Part shown: positions 28,272-36,956 of the stretch, piece after piece
Layout of the letters: the number at the start of each line of letters is the position of its first letter
Numbering within the stretch: the first letter of the stretch is position 1
Source of the DNA: a bacterium
GTDB lineage: Bacteria > UBP6 > JAFGXH01
Direction of reading: 5' to 3'
Length of the DNA stretch: 64,000 nucleotides
NCBI GenBank assembly: GCA_027064085.1
Contig: JAMOQH010000172.1
Coordinates: forward strand, 5,088 to 69,087
The notes under the pieces: generated by a model
The model's database searches: none
Seen by the model: only the letters and a program-made list of their open reading frames with translations
What the model was told of the DNA's origin: nothing
Position numbers and translations under genes: made by a program

Positions 28272-29755
28272 AATTGAATTGCAAAATTAAAATATGCACT
28301 AATATTTAAAGTTTCTGTTGCTAATATTCTAGAGCCAATACTATTTATAGAATTAAATAATATCTCATGACCTTTATACATTGGATCATACTCATCACTG
28401 TCAATTTGGTCATTATCATTATGGTCAATGCCTTTACTTTGGCCAGTAATTAGGTGGTCTGTTGTGTAGCCAGCATTAACACCAGTTGTTATTCTTACAT
28501 ATTTTGTAGGCATAAAGCTTAAGTCTAAAAATAATGACAAAGTAGAATAGTCGTTTACAACAGTGGTAAGGCCAATGTAATCACTTATTTCAGACATTTC
28601 CATCCCTTTCATGTGATGTGAAAAATCTGCACCTAAGGATACTGAAAATTGGGCTAAAATATTTTTCATATCTGTAACTGAATCTCTAGTGTATCTTTCC
28701 CAAGGAATAAAATCTGTTGCAACTGTAAAACCAAATTTTGTACCTGGTTTATAGTATTCTCTATTTGCGTCTGATTTAAATATAGAATTACCAAATACAA
28801 ATGGTTTTTCATACCAAAATTGAAATACAGGAGAAACAAAAGCATATCTTTTACTTAATGAGGTGCTAAGCCTTAACCAATGAACACCATCTTTCATGGA
28901 ATTATCAGATAAGTCCATTTTACCTTCTAGCATATTTTTGACATCTGCTTTAGTGTATGGTGTTCCTGTAGGAGGCTCTCTGTTTTCAATTTCATTTAAT
29001 TTTTTTTGTGAATATTGGTCTATGCTTCCAAGGGCAATTTTATATTTAATACCAATAACCCAAGATGGGTCAGTGTTATCCCTATCGTTATCTAGTATTC
29101 CCCATTTCAATGCAATGTCCAATGTTTTAAGACCTGCTCTAGTGTAATTAAGAGCATTGAAATCTTCGTTGTCATTAGTATATCTATTTGTGATAACATC
29201 TCCATTATCATCTGTCATTGCTTGAGTATTAAATTTGTCGTTCATTTTTTCGTATTTGTAAGGAAAAAAGATGTCTTGTCCACCTGTTCTTTCTAGATTC
29301 CAGAAAGTATTTCCTGCTCCATTATGAGATGGATTAGGAATAGGCAAACCAGCTTTGTCCTTTGATGCAGCATCTCTTGCTGTTGAATCAAAATCTAAAG
29401 TTCTTGTTGAACTAATATAAATAGGTAATGCAAAGTCTAGTTCTACATTTTTGTATAAACCAAATCTTAATTTAGGAGTAATGATATGTTCTTGTTTTTT
29501 ATATTTGAAGTTGTTTGCATTAACAATGCCGTTATTTTTCATTTTATCATATTGGCAGTTAGTATCTTGAACATTATCAGCATTACAATAGTACTCTCTT
29601 TTTAGTTTTGTACCCTGATAATTATATTTATAATTAACTTCAATATTAAAATCCCAAGGATCAATATCGTCAAACGCGTCTAGTACTTCTGTTCTTCTGT
29701 TTGCAAATACAGAAGTAGCAACAATTAATAATGATAATACGATAAATTTATACAT
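28268..29755 (-). CDS. Outer-membrane beta-barrel protein (C-terminal Phe), unknown function
   Basis: Signal peptide MYKFIVLSLLIVATSVFA (ATG at 29755 with GGAGG just upstream; the track start at 29770 is TTG). Alternating amphipathic strands and terminal …YFNFAIQF, an OMP signature. Confidence 0.5.
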   Translation of the reverse strand: MYKFIVLSLLIVATSVFANRRTEVLDAFDDIDPWDFNIEVNYKYNYQGTKLKREYYCNADNVQDTNCQYDKMKNNGIVNANNFKYKKQEHIITPKLRFGLYKNVELDFALPIYISSTRTLDFDSTARDAASKDKAGLPIPNPSHNGAGNTFWNLERTGGQDIFFPYKYEKMNDKFNTQAMTDDNGDVITNRYTNDNEDFNALNYTRAGLKTLDIALKWGILDNDRDNTDPSWVIGIKYKIALGSIDQYSQKKLNEIENREPPTGTPYTKADVKNMLEGKMDLSDNSMKDGVHWLRLSTSLSKRYAFVSPVFQFWYEKPFVFGNSIFKSDANREYYKPGTKFGFTVATDFIPWERYTRDSVTDMKNILAQFSVSLGADFSHHMKGMEMSEISDYIGLTTVVNDYSTLSLFLDLSFMPTKYVRITTGVNAGYTTDHLITGQSKGIDHNDNDQIDSDEYDPMYKGHEILFNSINSIGSRILATETLNISAYFNFAIQF

Positions 29756-29942
29756 AACTAAAGCCTCCAAAATAGTCGAGATAGAATAACAATATATGAT
29801 AAATTTGTCAAGATTTTTAAGATTTAGTTTGTATTTGATTGTTAGTTAACTATATTATTAGATTTTTTTATCATAATTTAGACTTTTAAAGGCTAAATTA
29901 TCCTTGTAATAGATTTATTTATAAAGCTATGAAAAGGCAAAA

Positions 29943-31847
29943 TTATTTTAATTCTAGTTTAATAAATGATAAATCATTATCGGGACCACGCCCTTTATGC
30001 TTTTTATCTGAATCTTGATAAGTAAATTTTCTTTTATCTCCATTAACATCAGTTTTACCCATAGGAGCATCAATATATTTTCTTAATGAAGAGGCATCCT
30101 CAACTTTTGCCTTTTTTAAGTCCATATGAGCAGTGGAGCCCTTTGCAGGAATGTCAATATCACTCATAACAGGGGAATAATCGGTTAATTCTTGAACTCC
30201 ATCATACCAATATCCATTATATCTATCTCCTCTTTTACTCCACATGTGTCCTATTACATATAAGTTTTTTCCAACTAATCCTAAACCTTTTATATAATAT
30301 CCTGCAATTTGATCTGATTGTTTACCAGAATAATAAAACATACTCCAATTTACTTTACCTGTTTTTAAGTCAGAGTTAACTAAATATCCATCACCAAATT
30401 GAGTGTCATAACCAACAACTCCTTTGATGTTTCCGATACCAACTCTTCCACCTGCATATAGAGAGTTTCCTAAAACTTTTACTATCATAATATTATTTTT
30501 TTGCCCATGACTGGCATTTTCTTTTCCCCATAAAAGTTTTCCATCTGGATTTACTTTTATGTAGGCAAATGAAGTTTGGGCACCCCTTACATCTACAGAA
30601 GCATAAATATTGCCTTCTTTGTCTAAATCAAGAGAATTTATATTTGAACCTACACCTGCATCAATTTTTTTAGCCCAAACAATTTTAGGAGTTTTTGTGT
30701 TCATGTTAGATACTTTCATTAAAAATGCTCTTCCATTTGCACTTCCACCAAGATATGCGTTGAATTTATCATCAACTTTGATGGCAAATGCTCTATCGTT
30801 ATAACCAGCATATAAATCTATAGCTTTATTCATATATAATGAACCATCTTTTTTATTTAATGTTAGTAGCATTACAGTTGCATTATCCAAAGTTGAACCT
30901 GCAACAAAAACAAAATCACCTTTAACATCTACAGAATAAGCATCTGCTCTTTGCCATGCAATTTGAGAACTTCTAAATTCAGGACGCCACACCTTCTCCC
31001 ATACAATAGAGCCATCTTTAGGATTAACTTTTATGATAAGAGCTGCGTAATTACTTCCTCCCTTTTTAGTTGTTACTCCTGCATAATATATGTAACCATC
31101 TTTATCTATAATTATAGAATTTGCACTACCACCGCTTTCACCATTTTGGCCGGGGTCAATACTTAAGTCATGTCGTTTTCCATACCAAACTTTTAACCAT
31201 CCCAAGCTACCATCTGCTTTAATTTCACCCATGAATAAGTCAAAATTAAAACTATCAGCACCAGCAATCATCTTATTATTACCATAAAAATATGTATTAC
31301 CGTTTTTAGCAACAACAGCTCCACTAACCATTTCATCTAAATCAGCTCCACCAAGTACTTTATCCATTAAGGTTTTAGTATGAGTAGATAAATTTCCATT
31401 ACTTCCACCTTTTCCTGTTAAATTAAGAGTAAATTTTTGATTTTTATTATAGGTAATTATAAGAGTAGCTTTTCTTAAATGAGATGCTATAGGGAAAAAC
31501 TTTAAGTTAAAGTAATAACCTTTTTGGGGTGCTATTTTTAAATCTTTAACTTCAAGTTTTTTAGGGTGATATGAGCCATCAAGTATTTGAAACTCCTCTT
31601 TCATTACACCTTTATCATGTTTAATCACTATAGAATTTATGATTAATTCTTTATCACTATTATTAGCAATTGTGAATAACTCAACATGTTTACTAAATAA
31701 TGCTATAGTTGAGTTTGGAAATTCAAATGGCATATTATTTGTTTCACCATTTTTAAATTCATGGCTTTTTATCTTTAAGGTAAATGGATTTGTAGCAAAT
31801 ACATTAAAAGATAAAAATGCTATTGATAAAATTATTACTATTTTCAT
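29943..31847 (-). CDS. Secreted PQQ-like beta-propeller protein, paralog of the downstream gene
   Basis: Signal peptide (ILSIAFLSFNVFA). Repeated DG(S/K)xxW-type blades (ADGSLGWLKVWYG; DGSIVWEKVWRP; DGKLLWGKE; TGKVNWSMFYYSG). About 50-60% identity by eye to residues approximately 200-812 of the 31904..34342 protein. Confidence 0.6.
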   Translation of the reverse strand: MKIVIILSIAFLSFNVFATNPFTLKIKSHEFKNGETNNMPFEFPNSTIALFSKHVELFTIANNSDKELIINSIVIKHDKGVMKEEFQILDGSYHPKKLEVKDLKIAPQKGYYFNLKFFPIASHLRKATLIITYNKNQKFTLNLTGKGGSNGNLSTHTKTLMDKVLGGADLDEMVSGAVVAKNGNTYFYGNNKMIAGADSFNFDLFMGEIKADGSLGWLKVWYGKRHDLSIDPGQNGESGGSANSIIIDKDGYIYYAGVTTKKGGSNYAALIIKVNPKDGSIVWEKVWRPEFRSSQIAWQRADAYSVDVKGDFVFVAGSTLDNATVMLLTLNKKDGSLYMNKAIDLYAGYNDRAFAIKVDDKFNAYLGGSANGRAFLMKVSNMNTKTPKIVWAKKIDAGVGSNINSLDLDKEGNIYASVDVRGAQTSFAYIKVNPDGKLLWGKENASHGQKNNIMIVKVLGNSLYAGGRVGIGNIKGVVGYDTQFGDGYLVNSDLKTGKVNWSMFYYSGKQSDQIAGYYIKGLGLVGKNLYVIGHMWSKRGDRYNGYWYDGVQELTDYSPVMSDIDIPAKGSTAHMDLKKAKVEDASSLRKYIDAPMGKTDVNGDKRKFTYQDSDKKHKGRGPDNDLSFIKLELK

Positions 31848-31903
31848 ATTATCCTCTAAAAATTAATTAAATTGTTAATGATTGAAAATATTTTCACAAA
31901 TGA

Positions 31904-34342
31904 TTATTGAATTTCTAAAACAGTATATGATAAATCATCATCTGGACCATATCCATTGTGTTTTTCTGAAGAGTTACTGAAAGTAAATTTCCTTTTGTCT
32001 CCATTGTTATTAAGAGTTCCCATAGGAGCATCTATATACTGCATTGAAGAATTATAGGTGTCAGCATCTTGAACTTCGGCATCAGGAAGGTCAATATGGT
32101 CAACTAAGTCGTTACCAGTAAGAAGAGCGGTATCCGTTACGCTAGGAGCATAAGAAGTTAATGGTTGAACACCGTCATACCAATATCCATTGTATCTATC
32201 ACCCGATTTTGACCACATGTGTCCAATTACATATAATTTATTGGCAACTAAACCTAAACCTTTTAAAAAATAACCAGCAATTTCATCTGTTCCTTTTCCA
32301 GAATAGTAAAATAAAGACCAATCCATCGCACCAGTATCTTTATTAGCTTTAATTAAATATCCGTCACCAAATTGAGTATCATAACCTACTATTCCGTTGA
32401 TTTCACCTATGCCAACTCTTCCTCCAACATATACTGAACCACCTAGGTATCTTATTGTGTATACATTGTTTTTTTGTCCAGTACTTGCATTTTCATTCCC
32501 CCAAATAATAGAGCCATCTGTATCAAATTTTAGAAATGTAAATGATGTTTGAGCTCCTCTAACATCTAGAGCTGCATAAACCTTTCCATCTTCATCTATA
32601 TCCATAGAATTAATATTAGTACCAACACCGCCATCAACTGATTTAACCCATTCAAGCTGAGGGTCTTGAGTATTTACTGAATTAACCTTCATAAGCATTG
32701 CACTTCCACCCATAGAACCACCCATATAGGCATTACCATTATTATCTACTTTTAAACAAAATGCTCTGTCATTTTCCATGTTAGTTAAGTCAAATGCTTT
32801 GTTAAAATAAAGAGAACCATCGGATTTATTTAATGCTAAAAACATTACTGCTGCATTATCTAGAGTTGAACCAGCAACATATACGAAATCACCTTTAACA
32901 TCTACTGCATAGGCATCAGCCCTTTGCCAAGCAATTTGACTACTAGCAAATTTAGGACGCCATACTTTTTGCCAAATAATTGAACCATCAGCAGGATTTA
33001 GTTTTATTATTAAAGCAGCATAATTACTTCCAGAGCTTTTTGTTGTAACTCCAACAACATAAATATTTCCCTCTGCATCCATAGTTATAGAATTACTAGA
33101 GCCTCCACTTTCACCATTTTGACCTGGGTCAATACTTAAATCATGTTTAGGTCCATACCATACTTTTAACCAGCCTAAGCTTCCATCTGCTTTGATTTTT
33201 CCAATAATAATATCATTATTAAATCCATCTGCTCCTGCTATCATTTTATCATTTCCATAAAAGTATGTATTACCTTGAGCATCTGTAACAGATCCACTAA
33301 TCATTTCATCTAAGTCTGCTCCACCTAATACTTTATCCATAACTGTTCTTGTTGGAGTAGAAAAGTTAGCATCACTTCCACCTTCTCCAGTTAAATGAAG
33401 TACAAAGGTTTTGTCTGTATTGTAGGTAATGGTTAAAGTTGCTGTTCTTAGATGAGATGCAACTGGATAAAATTTTATTCTAAAATCTAATCTATCATTT
33501 GCAGGAATAACCTCATCATTAATTTCTAATTTGTTGTCACCTATATTACCTTCTAGTAAAGTAAATTCTTCTTCCATTACTCTATCACCATAACTTAAAA
33601 CCATACTATTTATAGTAACAGGGCTTGCTTCATCATTTAAAATACCAACTAAAAGAGGATACTTACTAAATAAAGCAATAGAGCCATGAACATTTGTTGG
33701 AATTGTTACTGTATCATTATCATGAAATTCAACAGTTTCAGCTAAAAGATGAAAAGGGGCAGGGTTTGAAGTTCCACCTTCACACTCAAAAGTAGTTTCA
33801 TTACAAGTTTTACCAATTGCTGTACAATCTTGAATTGTTGTCCAAGAGTTACCACTTGTTCCACAAAGTTGCACTTTATTATTATTACATTTTCTTTCGC
33901 TAGGGGTACATTCTTGTGTATTTTCTTCACATACAAAAGTTGTAGTATTACAAGTTTTGTTGCTTGTGGTACAATCTTCTGTTACATTCCATGAATTAGA
34001 TGTACATGTTTCAATTTTATCACCATTACATCTTTTTTCATTATCTGTACAAGTAATTTCTGCTACACATTTACCTGCATCGCAAGTAGGTTTTGTAGAA
34101 TCTTTACAATCTGCATTTGTTGTACATTCTGGTTTTGTATCTGCAACACAATTATGTTGGTCATTACAGATTTCATCTGTTTTACAATCAGATTTTGTTG
34201 CACATTTTCCTGTTGCTGTTTCGCATTTGTCAACATTACATGTTTGCCAATCTGCACAAGCAGGGTCACATTTGTTTTCATCATCGTTACCACATGCCAC
34301 TATAAATAATGACATAATTAGCATAAAAAAAGCTATTCTCAC
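31904..34342 (-). CDS. Lipoprotein with an N-terminal Cys-rich module array fused to a PQQ-like beta-propeller (paralog of 29943..31847)
   Basis: Probable GTG start directly after AGGAGG. Lipobox LFIVAC. The N-terminal approximately 190 aa hold more than 30 Cys, including CDPACADWQTCNVDKCE…GKCATKSDCKTDEIC. The remainder is colinear with the upstream paralog (KADGSLGWLKVWYG, HDLSIDPGQNGESGGS, GDRYNGYWYDGVQ and others are shared). Confidence 0.6.
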   Translation of the reverse strand: MRIAFFMLIMSLFIVACGNDDENKCDPACADWQTCNVDKCETATGKCATKSDCKTDEICNDQHNCVADTKPECTTNADCKDSTKPTCDAGKCVAEITCTDNEKRCNGDKIETCTSNSWNVTEDCTTSNKTCNTTTFVCEENTQECTPSERKCNNNKVQLCGTSGNSWTTIQDCTAIGKTCNETTFECEGGTSNPAPFHLLAETVEFHDNDTVTIPTNVHGSIALFSKYPLLVGILNDEASPVTINSMVLSYGDRVMEEEFTLLEGNIGDNKLEINDEVIPANDRLDFRIKFYPVASHLRTATLTITYNTDKTFVLHLTGEGGSDANFSTPTRTVMDKVLGGADLDEMISGSVTDAQGNTYFYGNDKMIAGADGFNNDIIIGKIKADGSLGWLKVWYGPKHDLSIDPGQNGESGGSSNSITMDAEGNIYVVGVTTKSSGSNYAALIIKLNPADGSIIWQKVWRPKFASSQIAWQRADAYAVDVKGDFVYVAGSTLDNAAVMFLALNKSDGSLYFNKAFDLTNMENDRAFCLKVDNNGNAYMGGSMGGSAMLMKVNSVNTQDPQLEWVKSVDGGVGTNINSMDIDEDGKVYAALDVRGAQTSFTFLKFDTDGSIIWGNENASTGQKNNVYTIRYLGGSVYVGGRVGIGEINGIVGYDTQFGDGYLIKANKDTGAMDWSLFYYSGKGTDEIAGYFLKGLGLVANKLYVIGHMWSKSGDRYNGYWYDGVQPLTSYAPSVTDTALLTGNDLVDHIDLPDAEVQDADTYNSSMQYIDAPMGTLNNNGDKRKFTFSNSSEKHNGYGPDDDLSYTVLEIQ

Positions 34343-34554
34343 ATTTCCTCCTAAAAAAAATTGAATATTATTACTTAAAAAGCAATGATATCCCTAATGT
34401 TTATTAAAATCAAGTTATTAGACGCTTTTTATTAAAAAATATTCAATTTTTTTTGTTTTTACAATTATTACTGTTGTTACCTATTATTTTTATTAAAAAA
34501 TATTTAAAATTATTAAATTATTTGACAAATTATTTCTTTATTGTTATTTTACAT

Positions 34555-34576
34555 AATGAATGAACACTCATTCATT
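34555..34576 (+). promoter_or_regulatory. Perfect 9-4-9 inverted repeat AATGAATGA-acac-TCATTCATT (candidate operator) upstream of the acyl-CoA dehydrogenase gene
   Basis: Read directly: aatgaatgaacactcattcatt, about 40 nt before the ATG at 34616 and about 28 nt after a TTGACA at 34522-34527. Confidence 0.45.
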
Positions 34577-34615
34577 TTTTTAAGTTTGTTATTTATTATA
34601 AATATTGGAGGAAGT

Positions 34616-36400
34616 ATGTCAGGAAAGTTCTTATTATTAAACAAAGAAGTACCATCATTTATGACACCTGAAAAATTTGAAGACCACATTGAGGAATTTG
34701 CAAAAACAGCTAGAGATTTTTTAGATAAAGAAGTTCATCCTGTTGCAGAAGAAATCCAATCAGATGAAGCAAAAATGATTTTAAATCCTAAATTAATGGC
34801 AAAAGCTGGAGAATTGGGTTTATTGATGATTGAAGTTCCTGAAGAATATGAAGGAATGGGGATGGATTTATCAACAGGTTTAAGAGTCGCAGAGCAAATG
34901 GATGAAGGTTCTTTTGGTACAACTTATATGGCTCATACAGGAATAGGAACTTTACCAATAGTATTTTTTGGTACTGAAGAACAAAAAAAGAAATATTTAC
35001 CTAAAATATCATCAGGAGAATGGATTAGTGCTTATGGCTTAACTGAAACTGGTTTTGGTAGTGATGCACTTGGTGCAAAAACTAAAGCTGTATTAAACGA
35101 AGCAGGAACTCACTATATTTTAAATGGTTCAAAACAATTTATTACTAATGCTGGATTTGCTGATTTGTTTATTGTATATGCAAAAGTAGATGGAGAAAAA
35201 TTTACTGCATTTTTGGTAGAAAAAACTTTTCCTGGTATTTCAACTTCCAAAGAAGAAAATAAAATGGGGATTCATGGTTCATCAACTCGTGCTGTAATCT
35301 TAGAAGATTGTGAAGTACCAGTTGAAAATGTTATGGGAGAAATTGGTCAAGGTCATAAATCTGCTCTTGGTATTTTAGATATAGGTAGATTAAAATTAGG
35401 TATTGCAGGTGTTGCAGGAACTAAAAGAGCTATTAAACTTTCTGTAGAGTATGCAATTAACAGAAAGCAATTTAAAACTCCAATTGCTCAATTTGGTATG
35501 ATGAGAAATAAATTTGCAGAAATGGCAAGTAAATTATTTATGTTTGAATCTGCAATGTATAGAACAAGTGGTATGATAGATGAAGACTTAGCTAAAGTTG
35601 ATCCTAAAGACCCGGATTTTAAGAAAAAAGTTGGTAAAGTATTTAAAGATTATGATGTAGAAACTGCTATGATGAAAGTAATGGGTTCTGAGCTTGGTTC
35701 TTTTTCTGTAGATCAAGGTGTTCAAATTCATGGTGGATATGGCTTTACTGAAGAGTACGAAATAGCAAGAATGTATAGAGATGCTAGAATTAATAGAATT
35801 TTTGAAGGAACTAACGAAATTAACAGATTATTAATTCCTGTTCAAATTTTAACTCATACCATGAAAGGTAAATTAGATTTAATGGGAAGCTTAAATCAAA
35901 TATTGAAAGAGTTAAAAGAAGATAGTGTTGATAAGTCTTATGATAGTGAAAAACCTTTAGATAGAGAAATGAGAGTTGTAGAATTAACTAAAAAGTTAGT
36001 AATTTATACAGTTGGAACTTATGTTAAAAAATTCATGAATAAACTTGCTGATAAAACTTTTACATTTACAGAAGGAGAATACTACTATGAGCCAATTTCT
36101 AATTTAGTAATGGAAGCTTATCAAATGGAAAGTGGAGTTGTAAGAGCAAAAGAAATACTTGAAGCTAATATTAAAAATAAACTAACAAAAGAATATGTTG
36201 AATTAGCAACTTTTGAGGGATTTTCAAGAGTTAGGTCTATTGCTTCTCAACTAATTGCAACTTTATCTGTTGATGAAAAAGAACATTCAAGAAATATGGC
36301 TGGATTATGGAAATTAACTATGGATTACCCTGTTAATACTGCTGCATTAAAAGAAAAGATTGCTGAAGTTATTATTGAGCAGGGTAAATATGTTATCTAG
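34616..36400 (+). CDS. Acyl-CoA dehydrogenase (long form, about 595 aa)
   Basis: ACAD N-terminal, middle and C-terminal motifs (YGLTETGFGSDA; FITNAGFADLFIVYAKV; IHGGYGFTEEYEIARMYRDARINRIFEGTNEI) plus a C-terminal extension. The ATG at 34616 follows GGAGG, so the track's earlier start is rejected. Confidence 0.85.
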   Translation: MSGKFLLLNKEVPSFMTPEKFEDHIEEFAKTARDFLDKEVHPVAEEIQSDEAKMILNPKLMAKAGELGLLMIEVPEEYEGMGMDLSTGLRVAEQMDEGSFGTTYMAHTGIGTLPIVFFGTEEQKKKYLPKISSGEWISAYGLTETGFGSDALGAKTKAVLNEAGTHYILNGSKQFITNAGFADLFIVYAKVDGEKFTAFLVEKTFPGISTSKEENKMGIHGSSTRAVILEDCEVPVENVMGEIGQGHKSALGILDIGRLKLGIAGVAGTKRAIKLSVEYAINRKQFKTPIAQFGMMRNKFAEMASKLFMFESAMYRTSGMIDEDLAKVDPKDPDFKKKVGKVFKDYDVETAMMKVMGSELGSFSVDQGVQIHGGYGFTEEYEIARMYRDARINRIFEGTNEINRLLIPVQILTHTMKGKLDLMGSLNQILKELKEDSVDKSYDSEKPLDREMRVVELTKKLVIYTVGTYVKKFMNKLADKTFTFTEGEYYYEPISNLVMEAYQMESGVVRAKEILEANIKNKLTKEYVELATFEGFSRVRSIASQLIATLSVDEKEHSRNMAGLWKLTMDYPVNTAALKEKIAEVIIEQGKYVI

Positions 36401-36405
36401 TATAC

Positions 36406-36831
36406 TTAACTTAAATTAATCAATTCATAATCAATAATTCCAAATTTATTAAGCAATTTCTTGTAAATATCATATCTCATAGAAAGATATAAGTTTTTTA
36501 CAGTTTTATTTTTTAAAATGTCTATTATGCTTGAATAAAGTCCTTTTTCTTCTAGTTCAAGCCAGCCTATTTCGTCTATTATTATATTTTGGGTATTTAT
36601 CTCCAATAAGTAGTTACTTACTATATCAAAATTATCTTTATTAAACTTCATACCATTGTCATAACAACAGCAAAGTAAGTATCTATTCTTATTTATCAAT
36701 TCAAAGTAGTATTTTCTTTCTTTTCTATTTACACATTTGGTAATGATACCATTAAAATTATTGTTTATTTTGTTTTCTAAATAAGTTGTTTTTCCTATTC
36801 CCTTTTGGCCAGTAATAATAATTATATTCAT
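36406..36831 (-). CDS. Small P-loop NTPase (THEP1/NTPase_1-like)
   Basis: 141 aa with Walker A ITGQKGIGKTT at the N-terminus and a Walker B-like IIIDEIG. Size and order resemble the THEP1 family. Confidence 0.5.
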   Translation of the reverse strand: MNIIIITGQKGIGKTTYLENKINNNFNGIITKCVNRKERKYYFELINKNRYLLCCCYDNGMKFNKDNFDIVSNYLLEINTQNIIIDEIGWLELEEKGLYSSIIDILKNKTVKNLYLSMRYDIYKKLLNKFGIIDYELINLS

Positions 36832-36899
36832 ATTTTACCATATAAATTATAAGAATAAGTCTATCATTTTAATATAAATAAATCAATTTTGAATTAAAC

Positions 36900-36928
36900 T
36901 TGCACAGATCTAGTCATTTAGTTATAAT
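36900..36928 (+). promoter_or_regulatory. Candidate sigma70 promoter TTGCAC-17-TATAAT for the 36957 gene
   Basis: TTGCAC at 36900-36905, a 17-nt spacer, then TATAAT at 36923-36928, 28 nt before the ATG. Confidence 0.45.
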
Positions 36929-36956
36929 TTAATTTCTTATTTTACTAGGAGATGCA

